A stretch of DNA of 64,000 nucleotides, from the NCBI GenBank assembly GCA_951406725.2, contig OX597827.1, forward strand, positions 64,294,001 through 64,358,000, written 5' to 3'. The first letter of the stretch is position 1; each line of letters begins with the position of its first letter. Origin of the DNA: Octopus vulgaris. Taxonomy: Eukaryota. A model generated the notes under the pieces. That model saw nothing but the letters and a program-made list of their open reading frames with translations, ran no database searches and had not been told where the DNA came from. Below are positions 1 through 13,209 of the stretch, piece after piece. The translations under genes were made by a program, and so were the position numbers.

Positions 1-262
1 ACGAGGCTCCGGCAGGGGATGGTGGTGATCCCTGCTGTACTCTTTCACCACAACTTTCTCTCACTCTTACTTCCTGTTTCTGTTGTACCTGTATTTCAAA
101 GGGCCGGCCTTGTCACTCTCTGTGTCACGCTGAATATCCCCGAGAACTACGTTAAGGGTACACGTGTCTGTGGAGTGCTCAGCCACTTACACGTTAATTT
201 CACGAGCAGGCTGTTCCGTTGATTCGGATCAACCGGAACCCTCATTGTCGTAACCGACGGAG
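1..262 (+). mobile_element. tRNA-derived SINE, 3' part (same family as 7285-7675)
   Basis: Near-identical to 7402-7663. Confidence 0.85.
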
Positions 263-294
263 TGAAAAATGAGAATGATGGTGATGGTAGTAAT

Positions 295-1195
295 AATGTC
301 GGGAGACCTCCTTCGGTCACGACACAGACCATGGGATCGCACCTAGAAAGTTACCCTCCGAAGCACAAGTCCGGGCAAGGTTGTTTATAGAAGACCAACA
401 GTCGCCCCATGCATACCGGCCTCCCCTCTCCACGCCACCAGTGTTATCCAAGGGAAAGGCAAAGGGGCCGATACAGCTTGGCACCTGTGACGTCGCAACT
501 CATTTCTACAGCTGATTGAACAGGAGCAACGTGAACATAAAGTGTCTTGCTCAAGAACCCAACACGCAGCCCGGTCCGGGATTCGAACTCACAACCTCAC
601 GAATCGTGGGATTGCCCCTAGAAAGTTACCCCCTCCCCTAAGCACAAGTCCGGGCAAGGTTGTTTATAGAAGACCAACAGTCGCCCCATGCATACCGGCC
701 TCCCCTCTTCCACGCCACCAGTGTTATCCAAGGGAAAGGCAAAGGGGCCGCCGATACAGCTTGGCACCCGTGACGTCGCAACTCATTTCTACAGCTGAGG
801 GAACATAAAGTGTCTTGCTCAAGAACCCAACACGCAGCCCGGTCCGGGATTCGAACTCACAACCTCACGAATCGTGGGATTGCACCTAGAAAGTTACCCC
901 CCCACCAAGCACAAGTCCGGGCAAGGTTGTTTATGGAAGACCAACAGTCGCCCATGCATACCGGCCTCCCCTCTTCCACGCTACCAGTGTTATCAAAGGG
1001 AAAGGCAAAGGGGCCGCCGATACAGCTTGGCACCCGTGACGTCGCAACTCATTTCTACAGCTGATTGAACAGGAGCAACGTGAACATAAAAGTGTCTTGC
1101 TCAAGAACCCAACACACAGCCCGGTCCGGGATTCGAACTCACAACTTCACGGTCGTAAGTTCGACGCTCTAACCTCTGAGCCATGCGCCTTCCAC
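295..1195 (-). mobile_element. tRNA-derived SINE with internal tandem triplication
   Basis: Minus-strand head ggcgcatggctcagaggttagagcg...gttcgaatccc has A/B boxes; the body occurs three times (~333, ~608, ~876). Confidence 0.75.
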
Positions 1196-1399
1196 AGTAA
1201 TAATGTAGTAACAGATAATGTAATAGTAGTAGTGGTGGTGGTGGTGGTGGTGGTGGTAGTTGTAGTAGTAGTAGCAGCAGTAGTAGTGGTGGTAGTAGTA
1301 GTTGTTGTTGTTGTAGTAGTAGCAGTAGTAGTGATAGTAGTAGTGGTGGTGGTAGTAGTAGTAACAGTAGTAGTGGTAGTAGTAGTGGTCGTGGTCGTG

Positions 1400-1432
<33 letters not shown>

Positions 1433-1492
1433 ATAGTAGTAGTGGTGGTGGTAGTAGTAACAGTAGTAGTAGTAGTGGTCGTGCTAGTAGTT

Positions 1493-1541
<49 letters not shown>

Positions 1542-1560
1542 CGTGATAATGTATTAGTGC
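1196..1560. repeat. (GTA/GTG)n trinucleotide microsatellite
   Basis: Direct reading; it explains the poly-Val ORF. Confidence 0.95.
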
Positions 1561-1701
1561 TGATAATGCTGTTGTGCTGATAGGATGACAGTATGATATT
1601 GGTGGTAGGGTAGTAGAAAAATTTAGTTTAAGAAGGTCATGGCTGATATTTCTAGCATGTCAAACAACCACAGTGATGTTCCCTCATAGGTTTATTACTA
1701 C

Positions 1702-1747
<46 letters not shown>

Positions 1748-1959
1748 CCCCCAGGTCGATATTGATCCAACAGAACAATGGTCAAAAACATTCCAGCTGT
1801 GACCATCCTGTCATTTCTGCTTCAGCACCCAACCCTCAACCACATTGTCCATTTTTAAGACGGTAAGATGGAAATTTTGAAGGAGATATTGACTGCTATG
1901 TCTAGCAGATCGCCCGACCACGTAGAAGTTGCCTTAAACTCGTTAATCATTTCTACTGG

Positions 1960-2700
1960 AAGCACTAGGCCTCAAATTTGTGGGGACGGGACTAGTCGAT
2001 TTCATCGACCCCAGTGTTTCACTGGCACTTAACGTATCGACCCCGAAAGGATGAAAGGCAAAGTCGACCTTAGCGGAATTTGAACCCAGAACGTAGTGAC
2101 GGGCGAAATACCTATTTCTTTACTACCCACAAGGGGCTAAACACAGAAGGGACTAAGACAGACAAACGGATTAAGTCGATTATATCGACCCCAGTGAGTA
2201 ACTGGTACTTATTTAATCGACCCCGAAAGGATGAAAGGCAAAGTCGACCTCGGCGGAATTTGAACCCAGAACGTAGTGACGGGCGAAATACCTATTTCTT
2301 TACTACCCACAGGGGCTAAACACAGAAGGGACAAAGACAAACGGATTAAGTCGATTATATCGACCCCAGTGAGTAACTGGTACTTATTTAATCCACCACG
2401 AAAGGATGAAAGGCAAAGTCGACCTCGGCGGAATTTGAACTCAGAATGTAATAACAAACGAAATACTTATTTCTTTACTACCCACAAGGGGCTAAACACA
2501 GAGAGGGCAAACAAGGACAGACAAACGGATTAAGTCGGTTATATCGACCCCAGTGAGTAACTGGTACTTATTTAATCCACCACGAAAGGATGAAAGGCAA
2601 AGTCGACCTCCGCGGAATTTGAACTCAGAACGTAACGGCAGACGAAATACTGCTGAACATTTCGCCCGGCGTGCTAACGTTTCTGCCAGCTCGCCGCCTT
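1960..2700 (-). mobile_element. SINE with Meta-domain-like core, tandem ~180-190 bp partial copies
   Basis: Four repeats of aaaggatgaaaggcaaagtcgacct; head ggcggcgagctggcagaaacgttagc ends at ~2699. Confidence 0.75.
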
Positions 2701-2999
2701 AAACTCGTTAATGGCGTTGTGGATTACAACTGGTGGTGATAGTGGTTGTAGGGGTGGTGATGATGATGGTGATAATGGTGGTGCTATCAGTGGCGGTGAT
2801 GGTGGCGGTAGTGGTGGTTATGCGGGTAGTTGCAGAGGTAATGGTAGGGATGATGGCAGTGTTTGCGACGGCGAAGGTAGTCGTGAGGCTGGTTACGGCG
2901 GTAGCGGTGATAATAATGGTAGTGGCAGCAACTGTCATTGACACTGTTGATGAAAGCAGTGATGCCAGCGACAGAGAAAGGCGCTCCGGTATTAACTAG

Positions 3000-3353
3000 C
3001 AGTGGTCAGAGCTCGCAAGATGAGAGAAGTCTGAAACGTGGTCCTTTGCTATTCGTAAGACCCGCAGAAGAGAAAGCAGGTCAACCCCCTACACCGAGAG
3101 CATCGACAGATGGATGAATGCGCATCCAGGCTCAGAGGTTGCGTAGGAAGTCGGGGACAAAAACAGGAAGAAACAGTAAGAGAAAGTTGGGGCGAAAGAG
3201 TAAAACAGGAGTCGCCACCATTCCCTGCCGGAGCCTCGTGTCGCTTTAGGTGTTTTCGCTCAATAAACACACACAACGCCCGGTCTGGGAATCGAAACCG
3301 CGATCCTCCGACCGCGAGTCCGCTGCCCTAACCATTGGGCCATTGCGCCTCCA
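3000..3353 (-). mobile_element. tRNA-derived SINE (head shared with the 7285 family)
   Basis: Reverse complement of gtggaggcgcaatggccca...ggtttcgattcccagaccgggcg. Confidence 0.75.
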
Positions 3354-5865
3354 CGTTGTTTCTGGTGGTAGTGGTAGTGGTAGTGGAGAAGGTGACGGTG
3401 ATGGGAAACATGGTCAATTAGATTTACCCTTTAAAAGCCCCTTAACCCTGAGGAATGAAAGGACAACGTCATTCAAACCCCTGCGGGATTTCAAGTCAGA
3501 AAGAAAATTAGATGCAACTAAAAATTCACAAGATATTTTGTTTGACGCTCAACTAACCCTGTAGTATATGAGCGTGTATACAGATATGTGTATATGTCCG
3601 CGCACGCGAGTGTGCAAGTGTGTATCATAAAACCGAACCAAAGTTTCGTTCAGTCAGCTTTTTGTTCAACGGTACACATCAGCAGACCGAGAAAGAATGG
3701 TTAATAACCGTTGAATGGTTTGAATTACGATCGAAGCATTTCCAGACAGTGACATGGTCTCTGATGTCAATTCTTATTCAACAAGTATGCTTACTTTTAT
3801 TTAAGCCCTCCGCTCCCTATGGAGCACAGGCCATCGGCGACTTTTCTCTAAGATTCTCCACTCTGAATTGCCTTTTCTTCTCCTAGGTTTTGTTAATTTT
3901 GAATTGCCATCGATGCTTCTTCCTCTTTATTTTTCTAGGTAGAGAACTTGTATTTATTTCTAGGAAGAAGTGGTCTATATTAGACTGGCCTCTATCCTTT
4001 GACCTGTTCAGCGTGGAAGGCCCTACAAGGAACTACAAGGAACTTTCAGGGTCATTGAGACACAGAAGCCACCCACACCGCAACAAGGAGTGAACATTGT
4101 GGTGGATTCATTAAGCGTGAGGATTGCTTATTTAAAAGTTCGTAAAAAATTTGAATATCAATTAGTTGATTGAAATTAGGGGCTTTATTTTAAGGATTGA
4201 TGTTGAAGGGCATATGATATAAAGGTTATTTGTAAGGAATCGCAGTAATTCGATTTATTCCTAAGAACTCATATTTTTATTGAGTTCTACGCATGTAATT
4301 CTGGTTGTCTCTTATCTCTTATACTCCATATATATTTAGAAAGGGATGTGTTGTTCTGAATATGTCTGATGAAATGAGATATTTTGTTGGAGCAAGCAAC
4401 TTTTGAATGAGTTCTCTTTGTCTGCTCTATAGCTTGTTGATGTATTATTGACGGAGATATCTGTACAAGACGAAATGTATTTTCCGGGTATTTGCCTTTT
4501 AGATGAAAGTACTATATATTTCTGAAATTGCATACTGTTTCTTTTTCCTTGGTTTGACTGAGATATTCTTGCCAGCAACTTTGCAGTAATGAGACAGTTT
4601 ACGTTCTGAGTTCAAATTACAGAGAAATCAACTCTGCCTTCCATTATCGAGAAAATAAAATACCAATAAAGTACGAATGTCAATTAAATTAACTATTAAG
4701 CAACTCCCAAAATTGAAATCTTGCGCCTATATTTTTCTATTATGAGGCTGCGAGCTGGCAGAATCGTTAGCACTCCGGGCAAAATACTTAGCGACATTTC
4801 GTCAGTCTATACTTTCTGAGTTCAAATTCCGCTGAGACTTTGCCTTTCATACTTTCGACATCTATAAAATAAGTACCAGTTGAACACTGTGGTTCTATGA
4901 GATCGCCCCTCCCCCCTTTAAATTGCAGGCTCTGTGTCTATGTTAGAGATTAATATTTTTGTATTGTATTGTATTGTAACAGTTAATGGAACTTAACATG
5001 TTCTGCAACTTGTTCAGGCAGCATGTGGAATTTATAACCATATTTTCTAATGTGGGAGAGAAATGTATTTACGTTATTTTATATCAATTATTTTTTTACG
5101 GTGGATTATATCGTACAATCTTTCTGTTACAAGTATTTTTAAGATGGCTGCTAGGTGTTGTTTGTGCGGGACAAACACAAACACACACATATATATATAT
5201 ATATACATATATACGACGGGCTTCTTTTAGTTTCCAACAACCAGATCCACTCACAAGGCTTTGGTCGACCCGAGGCTATAGTAGAAGACACTTGCCCAAG
5301 GTGCCACGCAGTGGGACTGAACCCGGAACCATGTGATTGGGAAGTAAACCTCTTATCACATAACCATGCTTGCATATTTTGTATTTTAATGTTAGGTAAC
5401 TGCTTATAGGTACAGCATTTTGGCGGAGTATAAGACGCAATCTCGCTTAAGACTGACGCCTACTGTTTTGTGGAAAAAACAAATTTAATACGCTCGGTAT
5501 CTCATCCATAATATGGTCGCATTAGATGCATGACAATTCTTTTTTTAAGCTTTAAGCATAAACGAAATGCGCGTCTTATACGCCGGTATATACGGTAGAG
5601 GTGGCTGCGTAGTAAGAAGCTTGCTTCCCGACCACATGGTTCCGGGTTTAGTCCCACAGCGTGGCATCTTGGGCAAGTGTCTTCTATTATAGCCTCGGCC
5701 AAACAAAGCCTTGTGGGTGGATTTGGTAGACGGAAACTGAAAGAAACCTGATGTATATATATAAATTTGAAAAAAAAAACCCACCTTTTCTCAAATTTAG
5801 TATTTCTAAATTGAATTTTTTCCTTGTAAGTTTGGAATAATATTCCCTCATATTATTATTATATA

Positions 5866-6258
5866 CTAGCAGTATCGCCCGGCGTTGCTCGGGTTGTAAG
5901 GGAAATAACTATATAAGCATTTTTAGAGAGTTATAGCCAAAAAATAGCAAAAAATGCATTAAAAATTGAAAAAAAATTAAGGTAAATTTTTTTTGAATCG
6001 TTGACACATCGTAGATATTTTTAGAGAGTTACTTCCCTTATATAAAAGCGAAAAAAATGCATTAAAATGGAAAAATATGATGGTAAATTTTTTTTAAATC
6101 GTAGACTCATCGTAGACGCACGCTAATACCCAGAAGGGCTCGATATGAATCACGACTATAAGATACCCGCTTTTGGTTAAACTCCACCGCAAAATGTGGG
6201 AGTAATTACGAATGTAAATCGAAGGGGACAGACACACAACTTCACTCTTATATAAAGA
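5866..6258 (-). mobile_element. Non-autonomous Helitron
   Basis: Minus strand starts TC, ends with a GC hairpin (cccgagcaacgccggg) plus CTAG, sits between A and T with no TSD; related copies at 59492 and 61442. Confidence 0.8.
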
Positions 6259-7284
6259 TGCTTTTTTTTTCAGTCATAGAGTTAGATTTATGAAGGTCTT
6301 CAGTAGAAAATCCTTCGAATTCTGACTCGCTGCTTGATATAATGAAATTCGTATCCATTTTTTGTCAGAATTACAAATTTTGAAAACACAATAGGAACAA
6401 ATTTCGGAAAAAAATCTCCCATAATTCACGGAATTAAAATTACACTTCGATTTTTGTACAAAACTGTATTTGAAGTGTTTACGAAGTATAATACGTGTTT
6501 TCACGAATGTACTAAAGAGATTTACTCTGATATTCTCATTTAAATATGAATAGGTAAATTCGGGCGGTTTGGTAACGAAAGGGTTTATATAAGTGTCGTC
6601 TGTTTATACATAAACACTGTTTCATAGTTTCAGTTTAGTCTTCCTCAAATCACTGTCGCTAATTTACTCTCTTCCAAGAACATTTTCACTCACTGTTATC
6701 TGTTAGCTTCCCATACATTTTACTCATGTATCTATCAGCGTGATAGACAGAAACAAATATTACATTTACTTTCATTTTATTCGTTGCCCACTGTGTGTGT
6801 GCGTTTGCGTGTGGTGTAAACCAGACTAAGAAAAGCATTTGACACACACACCAGAATGTGAGTTTTCTGTAAATTTTGCTTAATTGGAGTTTAAATTTTA
6901 AAAACTGGACCTGGCATGACGCGATGCATTGTACTCTTAAAACTGCTAGGTAAATTGTAATTGAAGAAATCCTATATTGTAGATTTGTATAACTCCCAAA
7001 GGGAGGCAGATAAAATCTGCCTTTTATAATAAGAGATATATATATATATATGACCACCTTGACCGACCAGTCCGTCAGGCGTCCATTTGACACCGCTGGT
7101 CACAGCACGCTGTCCACTCCTCTCTGGATCGCGCCTTTCTCATATATATATATATGCATACACACACACACATATATCTATGTATGTGTGTGTATGTGCG
7201 TGTTTGTCCTTCATTACGGCTTGGCAACCATTGTTGGTGTGTTTAGGTCCCCGTCATACGGCGGTTCGGTATAAGAGACAAAAA

Positions 7285-7675
7285 ATGTGGAGGCGCAATG
7301 GCCCAGTGGTTAGGGCAGCGGACTCGCGGTCATAGGATCGCGGTTTCGATTCCCAGACCGGGCGTTGTGAGTGTTTATTGAGCGAAAACACCTAAAGCTC
7401 CACGAGGCTCCGGCAGGGGATGGTGGTGATCCCTGCTGTACTCTTTCACCACAACTTTCTCTCACTCTTACTTCCTGTTTCTGTTGTACCTGTATTTCAA
7501 AGGGCCGGCCTTGTCACTCTCTGTGTCACGCTGAATATCCCCGAGAACTACGTTAAGGGTACACGTGTCTGTGGAGTGCTCAGCCACTTACACGTTAATT
7601 TCACGAGCAGGCTGTTCCGTTGATTCGGATCAACCGGAACCCTCATCGTCGTAACCGACGGAGTGCTTCCAATCC
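7285..7675 (+). mobile_element. Full-length tRNA-derived SINE with 14-bp TSD
   Basis: A box tggcccagtggtt and B box ggtttcgattccc; ataagagacaaaaa on both flanks; nested in another SINE. Confidence 0.9.
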
Positions 7676-8289
7676 ATAAGAGACAAAAAGTATAAGTACT
7701 AGTTTTTTTTTTTAAAAGTCCTAGGGTCGATTCGTTTGACTAAAACACTCCAAGGCGGTGCTGCAGCACGACCGCAGTCAAATGACAGAAACAAATAAAA
7801 AGAGTATATTACACGACACTGCAGGGAGGCTTTTTTTTTTTTTTTTACTTTTCAGAGCCTATCACTTACCGCCTTTTAAAAACCTGCAGATCGTCGCTGC
7901 CGCCAAACGTGGCACAAGCTCAACATTACTGACGTAAAAATACCTTCCTACTTGGCTCTTTTTTTTTTTTATCTTCTTTTGTTTATAACAATCGCACCAC
8001 ACTTAGTCAATACCTAATTACTCTTCAACATCTCTGCAGGAAACTCTTACAGACTGTATTTAAAATAGCAAAAATCCATAGTTGTTACTTTTGGAGTCAT
8101 GTTTGAGGTCATCGTTTGACATTCGATAATTGATTCCTTCATTAATTTTGTAACGTAAATTTCTTCTTCTTCTTCTTCTTCTTCTTCTTCTTCCATAATT
8201 TATATCACAGCATGGGATGCTGAATCGATTATTTTCAGGTAAAAAAGATTACATTTATTTATACATTTATTGTTGTTATTGTTATTATT

Positions 8290-8518
8290 ATTATTATTTA
8301 AGGCGGCGAGCTGACAGAATCATTAGCAAGCCAGGAAAAAATGCTTGGCGACATTTTGTCCGTCTTTACGTTCTGAGTTCAAATGCGACAAAGGTTGACT
8401 TCGCTTTTCATTCTTTCGGGGTAGATAATAATGAGAATCAGTTATGCACTGGGGTCGATGTAATCGATTAGACCCCCTCACCTCAAATTTCAGGCCTTGT
8501 GCCTATAGCAGAAACGAT

Positions 8519-8577
<59 letters not shown>

Positions 8578-9009
8578 TGATATAATTTGGCGTGCTGGCA
8601 AAATCGTTAACACACCGAGCAAATCGTGTAACGGTCTTCACTTTCTGAGTTCAAATTCGGCTGAGGCCGACTTTGCCTTTCATAATTTCGGGTTCGATAA
8701 AATGAGTACCAGTTGATGACTGGGGTCGATGCTACCGACTCACTCCCTTTTCGGAAGTTGCTGGCCTTGTACCTATTGTAGAACGGATTGAGCTGGCAGA
8801 ATCGTTAGCACTTCGGGCAAAATGCTTAGTGCTGTTTCGTCCGTCTTCACGATCTGAGTTCAAATTTCACAGAAGTCGATTTTGCTTCTCATCTTTTCGT
8901 AGTCGATAACATAAGTACCAGTTGAGCACTTGGGTCCATGGAATCTACTTACCCCGCCCTGAAATATCAGGCTTTGTGCCTATGGAAGAAAGGATTATTA
9001 TTATTATTA

Positions 9010-9050
<41 letters not shown>

Positions 9051-9290
9051 AGCGGTGAACTGGCAGAATCGTTAGCCAGCCGGGCAAAATGCCTAGTGGT
9101 ATTTCGTCCATCTTTACGTTCTCAGTTCAAATTCTGCTGAGGTCGACTTTGCCTTTCATCCTTTCAGGGTCGATAAATTAAATACCAGTCAAGTATTGGG
9201 ATCGATGTAATCGACTATCCCCTTCCCTACTAATTCCAGGCCTTGTGCCTATAGTAGAAAGAATTATTATTATTATTAGTAGTAATAGTA
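8290..9290 (+). mobile_element. Cluster of Meta-domain-like SINEs separated by (TAT/TAA)n
   Basis: Four copies of ctgagttcaaat...gactttgcctttcat. Confidence 0.75.
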
Positions 9291-10158
9291 GTTGTAGTAG
9301 TATTGAGTGAGAGAGCAGTGCATGCCATCAAAGTGACACGGGTAAAATATACGAAGCCCAGAATACCCGTCTGATAAGGGTACACCAGGCACATGCATCA
9401 CAACCATATGTGCACGATATAGTGATCTCATATCAAGATAAACAGCGCATGACCTTGCAGGTGGGGCCCATTTAGAATTTTCGTCAGGCCGAGTAGCCCA
9501 TCCCGCTCAAAAGGTCCCTGAATAAGGGTTGTTTAAGGATGTTGAACAAAACACCTATGTTTCCAAATGTGAAATATCTCTCAAAACATGGCTATGATGC
9601 TCCCCCATTACTTCTGCCCTTTCGGGGTTGATAAATTAAGTACCAGTGAAACACTGGGGTCGTGTAATCGACTTAAGCCCTTCCCGAAAGCTGCCCTGTG
9701 GTAAAAATTTGAAATCATTATCATTATTTTAACTCAGATTTTGTTGGAACTCCTACGGTTCCATACTATCTGTTCTTTGCAGCTATCTAATACCTGATTA
9801 CCTTGGCCGCGCCAAGGAGGTAAACCTTTTGTAATAAGCTCTACTGAGCACTCAATTTCGATTTCCTTTTGATACCTTCTGATACTGCCCCCCCCCCCCC
9901 AAACCTAACAATGACTGGTACTATACTATCTTCACTTTCTTTATTTTCCACCGCCAAGTTATTTTGTATTTAAGAGAATTGTATGCATCTATTGTTTTGC
10001 CTTCGTCCTTGACTATTCATGGGCCAAAGGGTTGTGTAACATCAACTATATAGGTCATGTGGTTCACCTTGTTCACCACCACTAGGTCCGGCTTGTCCTG
10101 AAGCACTCGGTCTATTTGGATTGGAAAAACCCACAGGATTTTGCAGGTCTCTGACTCC

Positions 10159-10390
10159 TATTTCTTTACTACCCACAAGGGGCTAAACACAGAGAGGACG
10201 AACAAGGACAGACAAACGGATTAAGTCGATCATATCGACCCCAGTGCGTAACTGTACTTATTTAATCGACCCCGAAAGGATGAAAGGCAAAGTCGACCTC
10301 GGCGGAATTTGAACTCAGAACGAAACGGCAGACGAAATACTGCTAAGCATTTCGCCCGGCGCGCTAACGTTTCTGCCAGCTCGCCGCCTT
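10159..10390 (-). mobile_element. Full-length Meta-domain-like SINE with 15-bp TSD
   Basis: caggtctctgactcc at 10144-10158 and 10391-10405. Confidence 0.9.
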
Positions 10391-10892
10391 CAGGTCTCTG
10401 ACTCCGTTACTCTGTAGCTTGTGTTCGTACCACGCCTTGCCTCACTCTAACCACTACTGTTCACAGTTTCCCATGTAGCACTTTCCCTACCTCATCGTGT
10501 CGGCCCTACTTATATTGATTTTGGGTATAATGAGGGCATGCGTTCACGATATGGATAATGGTCTATTACAACAAACTCTATTACAGATTCAGCACAGTGG
10601 AGTCATTTGCTCATTCTAAGGTTGCCCCTCATGTTTGTGGTCAAAGCTTAGTCTCTTTTTTCAGTGTTTCTTTCTTCAGCCAGTCCCACATGTTTCCCCA
10701 CTAACTTCAGTTGTGGATACATGGCATTGATCGTCTAGTCCCTTGTTGCACAGTGCTTCTTCATGTCCTTGTACTTCTTGTTTCGTTCTTTTCCTTTTCT
10801 CCTTTCTTCAAATATGCCCTCATCTCTAACTACCACTGACAAAGTTTCCTCACTTTATGGTAAATACTTCAGCAAGTACCCAAGTTCGATAT

Positions 10893-11270
10893 TCTCTCTT
10901 TTACTTGTTTCAGTCATTTGACTGCGGCCATGCTGGAGCACCGCCTTTAGTCGAGCAAATCGACCCCGGGTCTTATTCTTTTGTAAGCCCAGTACTTATT
11001 CTATCGGTCTCTTTTGCCGAACCGCTAAGTTACGGGGACGTAAACACACCAGCATCGGTTGTCAAGCAATGCTAGGGGGACAAACACACACATATATATA
11101 TATAACATATATACGACAGGCTTCTTTCAGTTTCCGTCTACCAAATCCACTCACAAGGCATTGGTCGGCCCGGGGCTATAGCAGAAGACACTTGCCCAAG
11201 ATGCCACGCAGTGGAACTGAACCCGGAACAATGTGGTTGGTTAGCAAGCTACTTACCACACAGCCACTCG
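10893..11270 (-). mobile_element. tRNA-derived SINE with CORE-like cttgggcaagt motif; further copies near 5150, 5600, 13380, 15312, 16230, 17210, 17560, 23697
   Basis: Repeated many times in the window on both strands. Confidence 0.85.
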
Positions 11271-12127
11271 CATGCAGTCTTTCACACTTATCAGTACCCT
11301 TCCTCCATTTGCAAAGTGCTTAGCGGTTTTTCGTCTGCCGCTACGTTCTGAGTTCAAATTCCGCCGAGGTCGACTTTGCTTTTCATCCTTTTGGGGTCGG
11401 TTAAATAAGTACCAGTTACGCACTGGGGTCGATGTAATCGACTTAATCCCTTTGTCTGTCCCCTCTGTGTTTAGCCCCTTGTGGGCAGTAAAGAAATAGA
11501 TATTTCGTCTGCCACTACGTTCTGAGTTCAAATTCCGCCGAGATCGACTTTGCTTTTCATCCTTTCGGGGTCGGTTAAATAAGTACCAGTTACGCACTGG
11601 GGTCGATGTAATCGACTTAATCCGTTTGTCTGTCCCCTCTGTGTGTAGCCCCTTGTGGGCAGTAAAGAAATAGGTATTTCGTCCGTCTTCACTTTCTGAG
11701 TTCAAATTCGGCTGAGGCCGACTTAGCCTTTCATCATTTCGAAATCGATAAAATAAGTACCAGTTGACTACTGGGGTCGATGCTACCGACTCACTCCCTT
11801 CCCAGAAGTTGCTGGCCTCGTACCTATTGTAGAAAGGATTGAGCTCCATTTCCTCATGTATAGGCGATCAGTGTCTGCACGTGAATGATTGTGTCTGCAC
11901 GTTCCATACATGGTTAAGAGCTTTCTGATCTTCCTGTCCAACTCCTTTAGCTTACTTTTATCTAAGTATCTATACAGTTCACCGCACAAAACACCTGACA
12001 ATAGTTTTCCACATTAGCAGAATACACATTATTGGTCGAACGTTGGATACAGTCTTACCTTTTTCAAAATCCTTAACACATAACAATGTTTTCCACTTTG
12101 CCATCAAGATGTTTATTATTATTATTA

Positions 12128-12560
12128 TTGAGTGAGAGAGCAGTTCATGCCATCAAAGTGACACTGGGGTAAAATATACGAAGCCCAATATACCCATCAT
12201 GACTACCCGTCTGATAAGGGTACACCAGGCACATGCATCACAACCATGTGCGCGACATGGTGATCTCATATCAAGATAAACAGCACATGACCTTGCAGGT
12301 GGGGCCCAGTTAGAATTTTCTTCAGGTTGAGTAGCACATCCCGCTCAAAAGGTCCCTGAATAAGGGTTGTTTAAGGATGTTGAAAGAACCACCCATGTTT
12401 CCAGAGGTGAATTATTCAAACCCCAAAGAATCCCTCTCAACACATGGCTATGATGCTCCCCCACTACTTCTGCTCGTGATCAGAGATGCACATATCGTCA
12501 GCCACTAAGGGACATGCTCAACTGGTTAAGGTCAAACAACTGACAAGCAAATCTGTGGTA
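12128..12560. repeat. Interspersed repeat flanked by (TAT)n; second copy at 9304-9620
   Basis: tgagtgagagagcagt..catgccatcaaagtgacac shared between both copies. Confidence 0.7.
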
Positions 12561-13209
12561 TTATTATTATTATTATAGGCGGCGAACCGGTAGAATCGTT
12601 AGCACACCGGGCAAAATGCTTAGCGGTATATCGCCCGTCGCTACGTTTTGAGTTCAAATTCCGCCGAGGTCGATTTTGCCCTTCATCCTTTCGGGGTCGA
12701 TAAATTAAGAACCAGTGAAACACTGGGGTCGATGTAATCAACTAGTCCCCTCCCCCAATTTAAGGCCTTGTACCTCCAGCAAAATGAATTATTATTATTA
12801 GTAGTAGTAGTAGTAGTAGTAGTGAGGCGGTGAGTTGGCAAAATCATTACTGCACCGGGCAAAATGTTTAGCAGCATTTAATCCGTCCTTACGCTCTGAG
12901 TTCAAAATCTGCCGAGGTATATTTTGCCTTTCATCCTTTCGGGGTCGATAAAATAAGTACCAGTTGAGCACTAGGGTCGATGTAATCGACCTACACCCAT
13001 CCCCGAACTTGCTGGCCTGAAGCCAAAATTTGAAATTATTACTATTATTGTTATTGTTCTTATTACTTTTTCGATTTTGCTACTGTACTGCAAAATATTC
13101 AATGCCAATTATATCAATTTAATTTAGCAGTAATTTACATACAATTTTATACGAAATTGGTTTGCAATTGCTCCTAAAATTAATCAGTTTTTTTGTTTTT
13201 TTTAGATAA

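Larger units (their letters stand above)
9720..11990 (-). mobile_element. Degenerate Dong/R4-type (RLE) non-LTR retrotransposon, 3' part, interrupted by SINEs
   Basis: Minus-strand translations ELDRKIRKLLTMYG..RADTDRLY, TIIHIVNAC..YK*GRHDEVGKVLH and KILWVFPIQIDRVL..KPDLVVVNK..YIVDV (zinc knuckle and PD..D RLE motifs). Confidence 0.75.

Noticed and set aside
1097-1546. Poly-valine ORF (also the Gly-rich ORFs at 2708-2999 and ER/SL ORFs at 51842-52247)
   Set aside because: Translations of microsatellites
7287-7365. tRNA gene
   Set aside because: It is the tRNA-like head of a SINE bounded by a TSD and repeated elsewhere in the window
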